64,000 bases of DNA from NCBI GenBank assembly GCA_036172245.1, contig JAYWIR010000040.1, forward strand, positions 1,178,001-1,242,000, read 5' to 3'. The stretch's first letter is position 1. Every line of letters starts with the position of its first letter. Positions 48,514 through 60,000 of the stretch are shown piece by piece. The stretch is from Raillietiella orientalis (lineage: Eukaryota). Below the pieces are notes generated by a model that was not told the origin of the DNA, made no database searches, and worked only from the letters and a program-made list of their open reading frames with translations. Made by a program: the position numbers and the translations under genes.

Positions 48514-51500
48514 CTGGAAAGGATATCGGGCCGTTTGGTCGGTCGGCACTCGGCAGGGGAGGAGGGAAGAACACACACCCCCTCACCCCTTCTTCCTGTG
48601 CTCATGGCCAAGCCGCCCCGTTGTAGCGGGGATGAGAAAGGTGGGGATCGCTTTTTGCTCCTCGGAAGCGCGTCCACGCCTCTCAGCCCTCCCTTCACAT
48701 GGACTCCCGAAGGAAGGGAACTGAAGGAGGGGAGGAGAGCCCCCCATCTCCGTTTGAAGGAGGGGGAATGGGGAAAGACGCGGGGAGCTCTGAGAACGCA
48801 ACCCCCCGACCGAATGGAATCTCTATGCTTCCATTCCCATAGGGATGGGAGGAAGGGCCGAAAAACCGGGGGAAAAAGTCCGACGCTGGCGGGGAAAGGG
48901 ACGAAGGGGTGTCTCCCTTCGACAGGCGGAGCTGCCCCCAGTCCGCACCCTCCTCAGGGGAACGAACTGCGAAAGGAGGAGGATGGAAGAGGCTGCGCCT
49001 CTCCCAGCTTCCCCCGAGGGGCGAAGCTGCCCCCGGGTCCTCCTGCGAAGTTCGGGGAGGCACTTTGGGGAGAGTTGGGTGCAGTGGGGGAGGGGAAATG
49101 ACTCCGCGTCTTCCTGACCGCAAGAAATTCCCTTTCTTTCCCTGTGAGCGAAACAGGGGGAGGAAAAAAAAGAAAAAGAAAAAACTCTTCCATCTGCCCC
49201 TCGCAGCGGGGGATGCGCGGAAGCGCCTCCCTCCGCGCCTCATTTGCATGTCCGGGAGCGTCTCACGCGATCCGGGAGAGGAAGGCAGCGAAGGAAGAAC
49301 CGAAGGGACGCGCACGCCGCTCGCGACTCCCCAGCCAATGCACCGGGACGTCGCGGGACCCACCCCGCCGCTCTGCCGAGCTGCCACTGATTATCGGGGA
49401 CGCCGCGAACGACGGCCGGGTCGGCGACAGGAGGCAGCGAGGAGCGCTCAGGATTGCCAGATGCCCGCGACGATGTAATAGCGCCGATCGCGCGAGAGCC
49501 CTCTCGCTCCTCGGAACCCGAAGACGGAGCGAGGAGGTCGGGCATCAAAGGGTCAATCAAAGCGGAAGATGCTCTGCAATCAGCTCCCCTTCATCCCGGG
49601 ACAGGGGAGCGAGTATCGAAGCTCACTCGGAAGCACTCGATGGAAGCCGCGGGGGCGCTCTCGAATTCGCACCGGGTGCGTTGGCGCCTGACGCAAGCGG
49701 CTCCAAGACGGGCTCCGCAAGCTCGCGAGGGCGGAGGCGATCCTTTCAAAGTCCTTGGACACAAAAATAAAAGTCTGAGGAAACGCGGAGAGGCATCCTG
49801 AGACGCCATTCGGATTCCGGTCTGTATTCCGAGATTCCGGTTTGAGCTCGCTGTTTGCTCGGTGTTTTGCACACGGAGACAATCTGAGCCCACTGCCGGT
49901 TTGAAAGCAGAGCGCCTCTCTGTTCATCGCCCATGGAAAAGGAAACGATTTCGACGGGATGGTAGGCGAGTGGCGAACCCGGATTTCTCCCGAGAGCATT
50001 CCCTCCACTTTCTCTGCGACATATCTTACCATCTTTCGGTGGAACAATCTTGTTAGGAGGAGCCACTACTCCTTCGCTCGCCTACTAATTTGACTGCCTG
50101 TTGCTTCCCGGAGGATGGGGAATGCCCGGCGCTGCACGTTTGCTCGGATTCTCAGCTCCGCAAAGACGTAAATCGGTCGAGCGAAGGTCATGTGCACACC
50201 TTGTCGTGACACCTGAGCAGGCAGCAGCGCCACCGAACACGCTGCTTCCTGAAGCAATGCGTTTTGCGCTCAGGCAGCTCTTTCCAAGAAATCAGCGGCT
50301 AATCGCCTTGCCAACCAATCAATCCCCCGTTTTTGTTTTTTTGATCTTTTTTCTTTTCAACAATGGCCTGGATGCATTGTCGTCGCAACAATGCATCCAG
50401 GCCTAACAACAGTTGTCCCCCCCTCCCTCCCCCCTAGTTCAACGCGGTGCAGTGGCGTGTTTCCGTTGGCGTTTCCCCAGGCTTCCTGGGGCGCCCAGGT
50501 TTTTGCGATGGCTTCTTTTCTGGCGCCGCTGCCGCCAACCTCTGCTCGCAATATTTCTAAGGGTTCGGGAGGCGTGCATAGAGCGCAGATGCGTCGAAAC
50601 AACGCAGTGGTATTTGCAAGTGCGTCTCGTTCGTGCACCCGCATGGCAGGGAATGCAGTTCGAGCGAGTTGCTTGCGTATTTGATTGCTACGCAGCATGT
50701 CTCGATCCGAGATTTCCCGGCAATCTCGTTAGCGTCGCAATTGAGGAGTTCCATCCGACACTTCGCCTGAGTCCCCTCCCTCTCCCCTCCCCTTCCCGGC
50801 AAGACGAACGAAATCCGAATGCAGGAAACGAGTCGACCTATGAAAGAGAGAAAGAAAGAAAAATCTGGAAGCGTGTGATTTGGATGCAGTTTCATCTTCC
50901 AAGTTGATCCTCGCAACTCCAGATGGCACATAAAAAAAAGAAGAGGAAGACTTTTCCCGCCGCATACGTCATGGTCTGGAGGAATCCTCCCCATCGTCTG
51001 CACAGCAGCCTTGATGCAAGAACACAGATGCGTCGCTCCGAAAGGGGAGGGGGTAAACGGAATGGAGATGATGGAGCTGGAAGAAATGTACTAGCGTGTT
51101 GCCTCTCTTTCGGTTCCTCGTTTTCGGCCACGAATGCACCAAAGGTGGGCACAGAGGAGCTCACGGTCGCCGCAGAGGTGAGGAAGATGCGGCAGCCAGC
51201 CTCCTCTTCTGAGAGAAGGCGTCCAGGAGAGGCAGGCACCTTTCGCAGTGAACCAGCGGGAGCAGCGGACCCCGGTGGGCAGAGGACCTGGAGTTGCCTG
51301 CAGGCGAATCGGAGAATAGTCCGCCCTGAGGCTGATCTCGAGAGGCCTTTGGGGTAGTAAGGAACAGGAGGGGTCTCAGCGATGGCGGAGGGCGGTGTCC
51401 TGAGGAGGGAAGGTGGGGCAAGACGAGCTGCCGCGAGCGGAGATTGTGGCTGGGCATGTGACGACGGCGAGAAGGACGGCAGTGGTCTTTGAGAAAAGCC

Positions 51501-51899
51501 ACATCGCCTCACCGGCCGCCGAGATCTTTTCCTCACGAAGATCAGCTTTCCGAAGGGGGAGGAGAGGGGAGAGATGAGCGTGGCTGCACATCAGCGGCGA
51601 CGAGGACTGTCAGGAATGAAGAAGAGAGGAGGAGGAGGAGGAGGAGGAGGAAGGAACAGTCGGGAGAGAAGGAGACAGTAACTCGCACCAACCCGGGAAC
51701 GAGGACGCGTTTCCCTCACTCCTCCTCTCGCCTCGACTCGCGCACACAGAGCGAACAGTGAGGGTCTCTCACTAAGCCAGTCGAGGAAGAAGCGACGCCC
51801 ACCCAACAGTGCCATCAGCGCTGGCTGGCTGCCACTCTGAGCCAATGGTGCGCGCCGGTGGTTGCGAGCGCTCCTGGAGGGGACGGGGAGGAGACTCGG

Positions 51900-53750
51900 A
51901 CCGTGGGGCAGTGCTCCCAGCGGAGCTGCACTGCAAAAGTCCGAGAGCGGAGACATCCTGTGGACTGCGTGCATCGCTCATGACGTCACCCGTGACTCCA
52001 GCAACAGTAGGGGGCAGGCTGTCAGCGGATCGGCGCCTGTGGACTGCCGTCGCGTGGCCGCAGCTCGGTTGCTCCCGGGCACCGCGACCCTCACGATGGC
52101 CTCAATAGTGCTCGTACCCCTCGTCGCAGATCGCCCTGCCGCCTCGATGGCTATGGGAAACCACCATGCCCTTCACCCGCTCTGCCCGTGCTCTTCCGTG
52201 TTTTCGACCGACCGCACTCGTGTCTGCAGACGAGGACAGAACGGGAAGAGGGAGGGCAGGGAGCAAGAAGGCCGGGAATGTCTCGTTCCCAGGGACGAGT
52301 GGGAGCCGTATAGACCTCCGTTGCGAGGCACCGAACTCTTTGGCATCCTCGGCCGTCACGCATGGGAAGACGACGCTTCGATTACTGTGATGAGGCTGTC
52401 ATGGTAGCCGGAGACCTCGCCTAAGCAGCACTTGGGGAGGGTCGCGGAGAAATGCCGGGATCGGAAAAAGAAAGGGCGTCGCCGTCCTGGGAGCGAGCAT
52501 CGGGCAGAGCCGGAGTGTCACCTCGGAAACGAAGCTCGTGACGTTCTGCCTCCCGACGGTTCCTTCATGGCGCGTCCTCAGCTCCGCGACCCGCGGTAGC
52601 GAAGCAGGGCGAAAAAGAGAAGGAAGGGAGGTCCACTGCAGGAGAGGCAAGCGAGGTCCTCTCGCAAACCTCCGCAGCAGCAGCATCACGGTCACTCAGG
52701 GTGCTAAAGGCGGCGCCGTGCATCTGGGCTCGATGCCTCTGACCAGTCGCAAGATGCACCCTTTTCCTTCCGCACTTCCCTCATCGTCCGCCCCTCGCTA
52801 GCAGTGCAAGCCCCAGTGCCGGAAGGAATCCTCCGCGCGCCTTCGTGCGATCTTCTCTCCCCATGGAGCTGGCCTCCCCACTTCCCGCCCTGGGGGAGGG
52901 GTGCCTCGGGATTCCTTTGTCCCTCATCATGTCAAGAGGCTGCCTGACGAAAGTCCCGGAGAAAGGGTGCCAGAAGGAAGAGAGCACGGGACGGCTGCCT
53001 GAGGTCTTCCCCTCAAGTCGGCCTCCCTGGCCTTCCGGACCGGCTTCTCCCCCGCGGCTCGCCGTGGAGACGGGCGACTTCCCCAAGGTTCCTCCCGTTC
53101 TCCGTTCAGGGCAACTCCCTCTCACTGGCCGGGGAGGCTTGGCTCCTCTTTCCTTCCTTTCCCACCCTTTCCCCGTGGTCCATTTGCCCTTTTCCGAAGT
53201 CCCAAGGCCAGAGATCTCAGCAGATCCTCCTCTTCTCTGACCCAAGCGATGTCCTTCCTTGCCCCGGGACGAGGACGTGTGGCAGGCGAGGCTGGTGCCC
53301 TCTTCCTCGTCCCTTCGGAGCTGCTTGGATGGGCGCTGCTCTCTTAGCCCTCCGGATGCGGTCGTCCTTCCGGCAGACTCCAGCTGCTTTGCCCGTCTTC
53401 CCGTTCGTTCCTCTCCCCTCGTCCTCCGAGGACTGCCTCTTCAGCCTTTCTGTCCGCGTGCCGCCGCTCCTGCGGTCCGAGATCTGCTCTCCAGGAGCAG
53501 GCGGAATCCCACCTCCTTGAGAACAGCTGGCATCGCAGACTCTGGATTTCCGATCCCCTGAAGCCCTGGGCATGATGGTCAGGAGCCACTTGCCACTCCC
53601 ATTTTAAGGGTTCTTCTGCATGCGCAGGGGCAGCGTAACCCTGCTTCCTCGAGGCGGAGGCGACAGCCCTACAGCAACTCCAGTCCTCCCAAGCCCAGCC
53701 ATTCACACCTCAGAAAATGCCGGCGGCCAGCGGAGCTTGGATCCTCTGCT
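51900..53750 (+). pseudogene. Possible very decayed L1/Tx1-like RT remnant between the PLCXD paralogues
   Basis: In order: GILGRHAWEDDASITV (YADD-like), VAVLGASI (K.LG), HLGSMPL and LPALGEGCLGIPLSLIMSRGCLTK (LP..EGGLG.P....A.L.K). Judged by eye only. Confidence 0.35.
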
Positions 53751-55886
53751 CCCCTTTGCAGCCATGGCACTCATTCCGAAGACGTCCCACTTCTTCTGGA
53801 CGAACGGACACGAGGGCGGTGCGCTGTGGTCTCTTCCGAAGAGTTCAGTCTTCCCGAAGCCTCCGATGGTTTACAAACGCTCCAAGACAATCTGGTGCTG
53901 ATTCCACCTTGTCTTCTGGAGTGCTCTCCGACCTTTCCTCATCGCTGCCTTGAGTCTTCTTTCGCTCCCCTACCATTCTACGGCGGCTACTCATCCAGCG
54001 TTCTCTGCCCTTTCTTCCTGTCAACCATCATCGCGCTCGAAATGCTGCATCACCTTTGGGAAGCGGAGACGGAAGAGGATGCACCCGCGAGGTCCATCCA
54101 CCAGAGGCGGGGGCGCACTCGAGCTCGGACTGAGGAGCTAGAAGGCAAGAGATGTACCAGTAGTCGTATTCTGCTATGCTCTGGGTCCCAAGGTGGCAAG
54201 AAATTCACCGTGGCAGCGGCTTCTCGGTGCTTCCCGAGGTCATCGGTATCCTCCCGCGCCCCGTTCAGCTTCCCCGATGCCAAACTGCCCCGTCCACGCG
54301 CCGTCCGATTTCCCGGATCCCCATGTCCCTGGCTCTCCTAGCCGGATGTTCCAGGATCGCAGCGGAGGAACCCTCCGCCGCGCCACCCTCCGCCATCTCC
54401 ACGCTCGTCCACTTCCCTGCCTTCCGCAAGGTGAGAGCCTCTCTCGGGAATCGAAGACCTGGGAGTGCGCCCCCTGACTCTCCCTCCAAACCTCGGCCGC
54501 GATCGCCACGGCTTCCCTAGACGTGCCTCACCAAAAAGGATCTTCGGGAGTGCAGAATCTCACCTTCCTGAACAGGGGAAGAGTGGCCCATTTTCCGCAC
54601 GCCTCAGCTGCACCCGGAACCTGCCATACTTCGCACCCTGGGTGACCCTTGCTTCCTCCAGCTCTCTTGAGAGCTCTAGGAAGAAAGAGATCCAGGGGAG
54701 CCGGTTCAGAAAACCTTGTTTTCCGATGTTGGGGAGAGTCCGCATGGGTGTTTCCAAGTACCGGCGGCATCGCGGGGGCAGCCTCCGTGCGAGAAGGAAA
54801 GCGATCGCCCACTCCTGGCTGAGTCTCACTGGAGGGAATCCCGTGACTCACGCTCCTTGGGAGGCACCCACCTGTCTTTCCAGTGGATTCCACCTATCGG
54901 GACCCTTCCTCTGCCTTCCGCTGGACTTCCCTCCAGTGAGCGACCTTTAATTGCGCCCGCCGGCTTTGCTCCTCTAGGGCAAGCGCACAGAGCTGACCCG
55001 TTCCGGAGGTCCCTCCTTCCGATTCGGCGCTCCCCTCCCCGTTCCTCTTCCTCGCAAACTGCGTCGCCCCTCGATCGGCTGGCAGCAGTGCCGAAGTGAA
55101 AAGCTCAGAGGAGACGGAAGCCGTTTCTGCCTGCCTCGAGTCTTTTCCCTGAGGGCGACGTGAGGTGAGGTGCTCGAGTTACTGGAGAGGACTGAGCGTT
55201 CGAGGTCCCTTCCATTCGAGGTCCATTCCTTCCGTCCATCCTTCGTTCCCGGGAGGATAACGCCGAGTGCACAAGCTGCCGAAGAGCGCGGAGTCTCCGA
55301 GGGACGTGGGTTCGAGCGCGCTCGGGTGCGCTGGAAAGACGGCGGGCAGAAAACGTGCGAGTGGGCGGTCGAGAGAAAAGGGCGGAGGGACGAGGGACGC
55401 CAGCGAAAGGGGGAAAGAAAATTTCTCTACGAATGCTGCTGTTTCGCCTTAGTAAGAAATCACGGAACCTCGTTTCACGGCAGCGCTGCCCATCTTGCCG
55501 ACGCACACCCCCGCGTTCTGGGCACTGGACGATGGCAACAACTCTTCAAGGTTCGGAAAAAGTGGGAGGGCAGCCGGAGTTGGCACCAATCTCTATTGAT
55601 ACCGCTGCCTTGCGTCTCCCTCTCGATGATCAACAGGCAAACGATGGACACGAATGAGCATCCGAGAAGGAAAAGAAAGAGATAAAGGAGACAATGCAGA
55701 GATGAACACAAAGTGCTCTTCAGCTGTGCATCTATTCTTGGGCTTGGTCGGAAACCAAGGGATGGTCCAAGAGGACCTTTAGCGCTTCTGATCAAGCAGC
55801 GGCTCCTTCGACGGGTGCGATGGCAGCTCTTTCTCTCCGAGATGCTTGGCGAGTTCGAGCTGACCAGTCGGACCACAACCTATCCC

Positions 55887-57079
55887 CTACGATCCCGACA
55901 GTTCCAGCTTTCGGGCCCTCAGCAAGTTCGCCTCGATGGCAGCGTCCACTACGGGGGTCGAGTGGAAGAAATCGACGGAAACGATGTTGGCCGAATCTCT
56001 CCAGAACCCCTCGAGGTAACTGGAGAGGTTGCCGCTGATCAACTCTGCCATTCCTCGGATGCCTCCCAGCCTGTCCTCGATGATGTCGAGGACCTGTGCG
56101 GTCAGCTCCGCGTTCGCTGACCACAAGTATGTGAACTTCTTGGAGGCGTTTAGAGAGGCGTTCAAGAAATCGAACAACTGGAGCGGCTGGTTGGTGTTGG
56201 CCCAGACGTGCGTCACTTGAGGCCAAAAGTTACCACTCAGACCCAGGAACTCATCCGGTAAGGTGACAATGAGGCGTTTCCCGACGTCCCATATTTCCGC
56301 GAGTGTGATGTCAGCGTTCTGGACTCGGGGAAGCATCCAGCGACCCAAGTTCGTCTTCACGAGCAGGACCAGTTCTAGCGCCCTAAAGTAGCTGGCCTGG
56401 AACAGGTGGATGTCCAGGATGACCACCTCGTGCGTGGTCCACAGAAGGAACTTGGCAACGTCCCTGAGCACGTTCTGCAGAGGGTTCATCCTGATAGGGC
56501 CGTGATCGATCCAGAACCTCTCTGGGGTGCTGTTGTAGTAGAGCACGCGCAGGTCGAAGCAGCGCACGCCGTACACTAGCTGGTGCCAGATGTCCTCGTC
56601 CTGGGTGACAGCGTATTTGATCCAGAAGTGCTCCGAGAGTCTGCCCAGGTACCGCTGGTACGCCCCCGCGTCGTGCGTGCTGGGGATCATGAGAGATCTC
56701 AAGCGGAGCTTTGCCAGCCTGCCGTCCGCCATCCACATGGCCCGGTGCTTGAAGCAGTCGACAGCAATGGGCAGACCGTCGCGGAAGTAAGCGATCCAGT
56801 AAAGCAAGCAGGACCACGCGGGGAAAGGGACTTTGATGGGGACGAAAGGGAACTGAATGTCGGTGGTGAAGCGGTCCGTGAAGTCGTTGGGGTTGACCGT
56901 CACCAGTGGGACCGCGTCCTGCTGCATCCGCCGGGGGTGGTCAAGGAACAGAGCGACCCGATCGGAAGGCAGCACCCTGCGGATCCGCCAGTTCATCTGG
57001 ATCTGGCGCTGCACCAGCGTCCCGTTCGCTCTTTGCCAAGCCAAGGGCGACAGCGTTAAGAAAACTCTGGGCCCATCGT
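55887..57079 (-). CDS. PI-PLC X-domain protein (PLCXD-like) B, single large exon
   Basis: ORF 55887..57110 carries PRVFLTLSPL, LMIPSTHDAGAY, TQDEDIWHQLVYGVRCFDLRV, FWIDHG, EVVILDIH and NIVSVDFF. Likely acceptor is a polypyrimidine tract ending ccgaag|AC (phase 1, as in paralogue A). Stop TAG. Confidence 0.92.
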
Positions 57080-60000
57080 CTTCGGCAGGGAGAAATTCCA
57101 AAAAAGACAAGAGAACAAGAACTGTTTAGTTGCAAAGGCAAGTTGCGCCATGTTGGATGCAAAAGATCAAACAAAACGGAGGAACAGCATCACGGTCGAA
57201 TCAAGTAACATGGCGAAACAAACAGCAGTAGCAGCAGCAGCGGAGAGCGGAAAGAAAGAGAAATTTAGGGTGTCGGAGAGACGCGCCGTCGCAGCCAACC
57301 ATGAACTACGCGTCGACGCTCCCTGGCGGCGGCGAGCGAGGCTGGTAGGGTAGACGAGCCAGAGAGGAAAGAAGAGTGGGAGCGCGCCGGCAGCGACGAC
57401 GACTGCCGCATCACCGCGCGGAAAAGACTCAGTCGCTCGCCGTGACCAAGACCCTCCGAGCAGGGCGGCGGGTTGCCTGGCAGGCTGTTACTATGGCTTG
57501 TGGAGTTGCATCCGTTGCGTTGCTTCCCGAGAGGAAGCTGATGTGGGTGGAAACGCGATTCCCCACCAAGTCTCCGAACCAAAGGTGGTTGCAACCGACA
57601 GGAGAGCGATGTCGGATTCCTTCCAGAACTCCGGAAGACACCCCCGGCCCTCCGCTGGAACTCGGCAAGCAGAATGGAAAACGAAGAACTCATTCCTCTG
57701 TAACCTCTTTCCCTCCCTCTGCACTCTTCTCGAGGATGCTGCCGTGGAGGAAGATATTCGGAACAGTGTCCAGCACCGAGAGGTGCTTGCGAAAACTGCA
57801 AGGGCTGAAGAAGCTGGCGAAGACACGTTGTAATGTTCCGAAGTTCCCGGCGTATTTATGGACCCTCTGTCCTCATGCTCCTGTCCTTCACTTCCTCTGT
57901 CCCAGACAAGTTGCGCGAATGATAAGCCGGCAGGCTATTCTTCAGCTCGGAGACCTCCGCATCCCTTCCCTCCCATCTTCTCCCTCGCTTCCCTGAAGCT
58001 TCCCTCGCGGCAGGTCGTGGCGAGACCTCCAGACGTGAGGGGGGAGGACGCGCGCATCGGGAGGCGGTGCGGGAGCTGCACCTGGTGTGGGCGTGCGACC
58101 CTCTGGGAGGAGGGTGGGAACCCAGAACGAAGATGGGAGCAAGCGAGCGAGAGTGTATGAGCAGCTTCTGTGCCTCATTCCGGCAATGAAGACCGGAGCC
58201 ATCTGTTGGGAGGCGCGCAAGAAGAGCGTCGACGATTCACGGAGTGGCGCAGAGCGACCGGGAAGAGATCCGTCCGCAGTCGAAAGCGTCTGTCCGAGAC
58301 GGCTGAAGACGAGCATGGGGGAGCAGGAGGAGAAAAGAGGATGGTTCCCGTTGCGAAGGAAAAACAAGGAATCTTCAGCGGATCTTCAGAGGGGGAGCAG
58401 TAAGATAAGGGAGGAGCGCTCCCATGAAAGACTACCACGGCCTTAACTGCCGTTTAATCAGTCCCAGATGCGTCGAGGAGATGCATCATCGCCACTGCTC
58501 CGTGCACTTGAAGGCACCTGAAGAAATGCTGCACAAACCGCCTCCGTCATTTTTGTGACGTCTCTTTTTCGCCTGCAGCACGCTCATCTCCTATGCACTT
58601 CATCACCCTTTCTCCCTTCTTTTCTTTTCTTTTGTTTTTGCTTCTTTTTCCTGCTCGGAAATGATTTAAAGCCCTGATAGAGAGGGCCTCTTGCCGATAA
58701 CCACCATCAGATGGCATGAATTAATGTTGACCTTTGTTATTCAGATGTGTCATTTCGCCCTTTGTACCGGCGCGGTATCCGTTTCCCCCTTGCACCATAG
58801 AAAACGGGCCTTAACAAAGCTCATCCGTGGGTTCGCCATTTGTTCACATAGTTACGGGAGTGAATGAGGTGCAGACCAGACGCTTGGACTCCTAGCACTG
58901 ATGCTATACCGTTGGTAGAGGGAGCTGGGATCAATAGATCTCTGCCCGTCCGATGAAGGTCGGCGGAATTCGTTTCCCAGGCGGGAACAGAAGACAATTT
59001 CAGCGATCGCATCATCCGTCTTCTTTCTGGTGGGACGAGTGTCGCGAAGTGACCCCAGAGACCCGCGTACCAAGTGCTACCGAGGCATCCCGCCCAAGGG
59101 GAAGGGTGGGTGGGTGGAAGAGCATGGCACCCCTCCTCCGTCCAGCACACACGCAAGAAAAAACACGTCCGGGATCCTCGGTGGTAGCAGAAGCTTCCGA
59201 GTTTCTGGCAGCGATCGCTCTGGATCCGTGAAAGTGAATGGCCGTGAGTGCGCGGGGAACACGTCCCGATGGTGCGCGCGCAGGTAAAGCTTGTCCAGAC
59301 GCTTCCCGGTCTGCTGCGGAGGCAGTTCACTCGACGTCAGGAGGATCCAGAGACGCATCGAAAACCCGGAAAGTCAACCGGCCACAAGACAAGGGGGTGG
59401 CGGCGGCGAAGCACGGTTGCATTCCGCACGCGGTTCGGGCTCGAGAGGACCTGAAGTCTCTTCGCGAGCTGCGAATCCGTAGGGATCATCTGAAAGCGAG
59501 GATGATGCGCAGAGAGCCCGGGCTGCAATTTCTCGTCGAGTCTGGAAGAAAGGGACGCAGGCAACTCGACCGTGGGAACTTGTGGGAGACCCTTCACGAG
59601 AGGATAACTTCTCTCTCTCAAGGCTCAGACTGACGGAAGAGACGCCCTCGGAAATCCGTTTTCATTTCATTTTTTGTTATTTTCTTTCCCCCCAAAAAAA
59701 ATTTAAAAAAAGTGAAAACGAAGAAAAACGGAAGAAAACATAAAGAAGAAACGAGAAAAGCTGTAGAGAAGATGCAACAGCTAGCAGGAGACTGTGACAG
59801 TCCTGCGCCGTGTCCGAGGTGGTAGAGAGGTCACTTTGCGTCAGTCATCCACGAGTCCCGGCGCTGAGATTTTGGCACCCTGTCTTTTTCCTTTAGGACG
59901 CGAAATTCACGGCCACCACCTCGGCGCGTCTCGGGCGCAGCCACGCGCCGTCCTCTCGCAGGCAACAACACTCGCTGCAGACCACTTGGTCATCCCGCTG

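Noticed and set aside
51376..51504. Signal-peptide-like MWLFSKTTAVLLAVVTC (-) as the first exon of PLCXD-like A
   Set aside because: No convincing phase-1 GT donor before the in-frame stop. Left unresolved.
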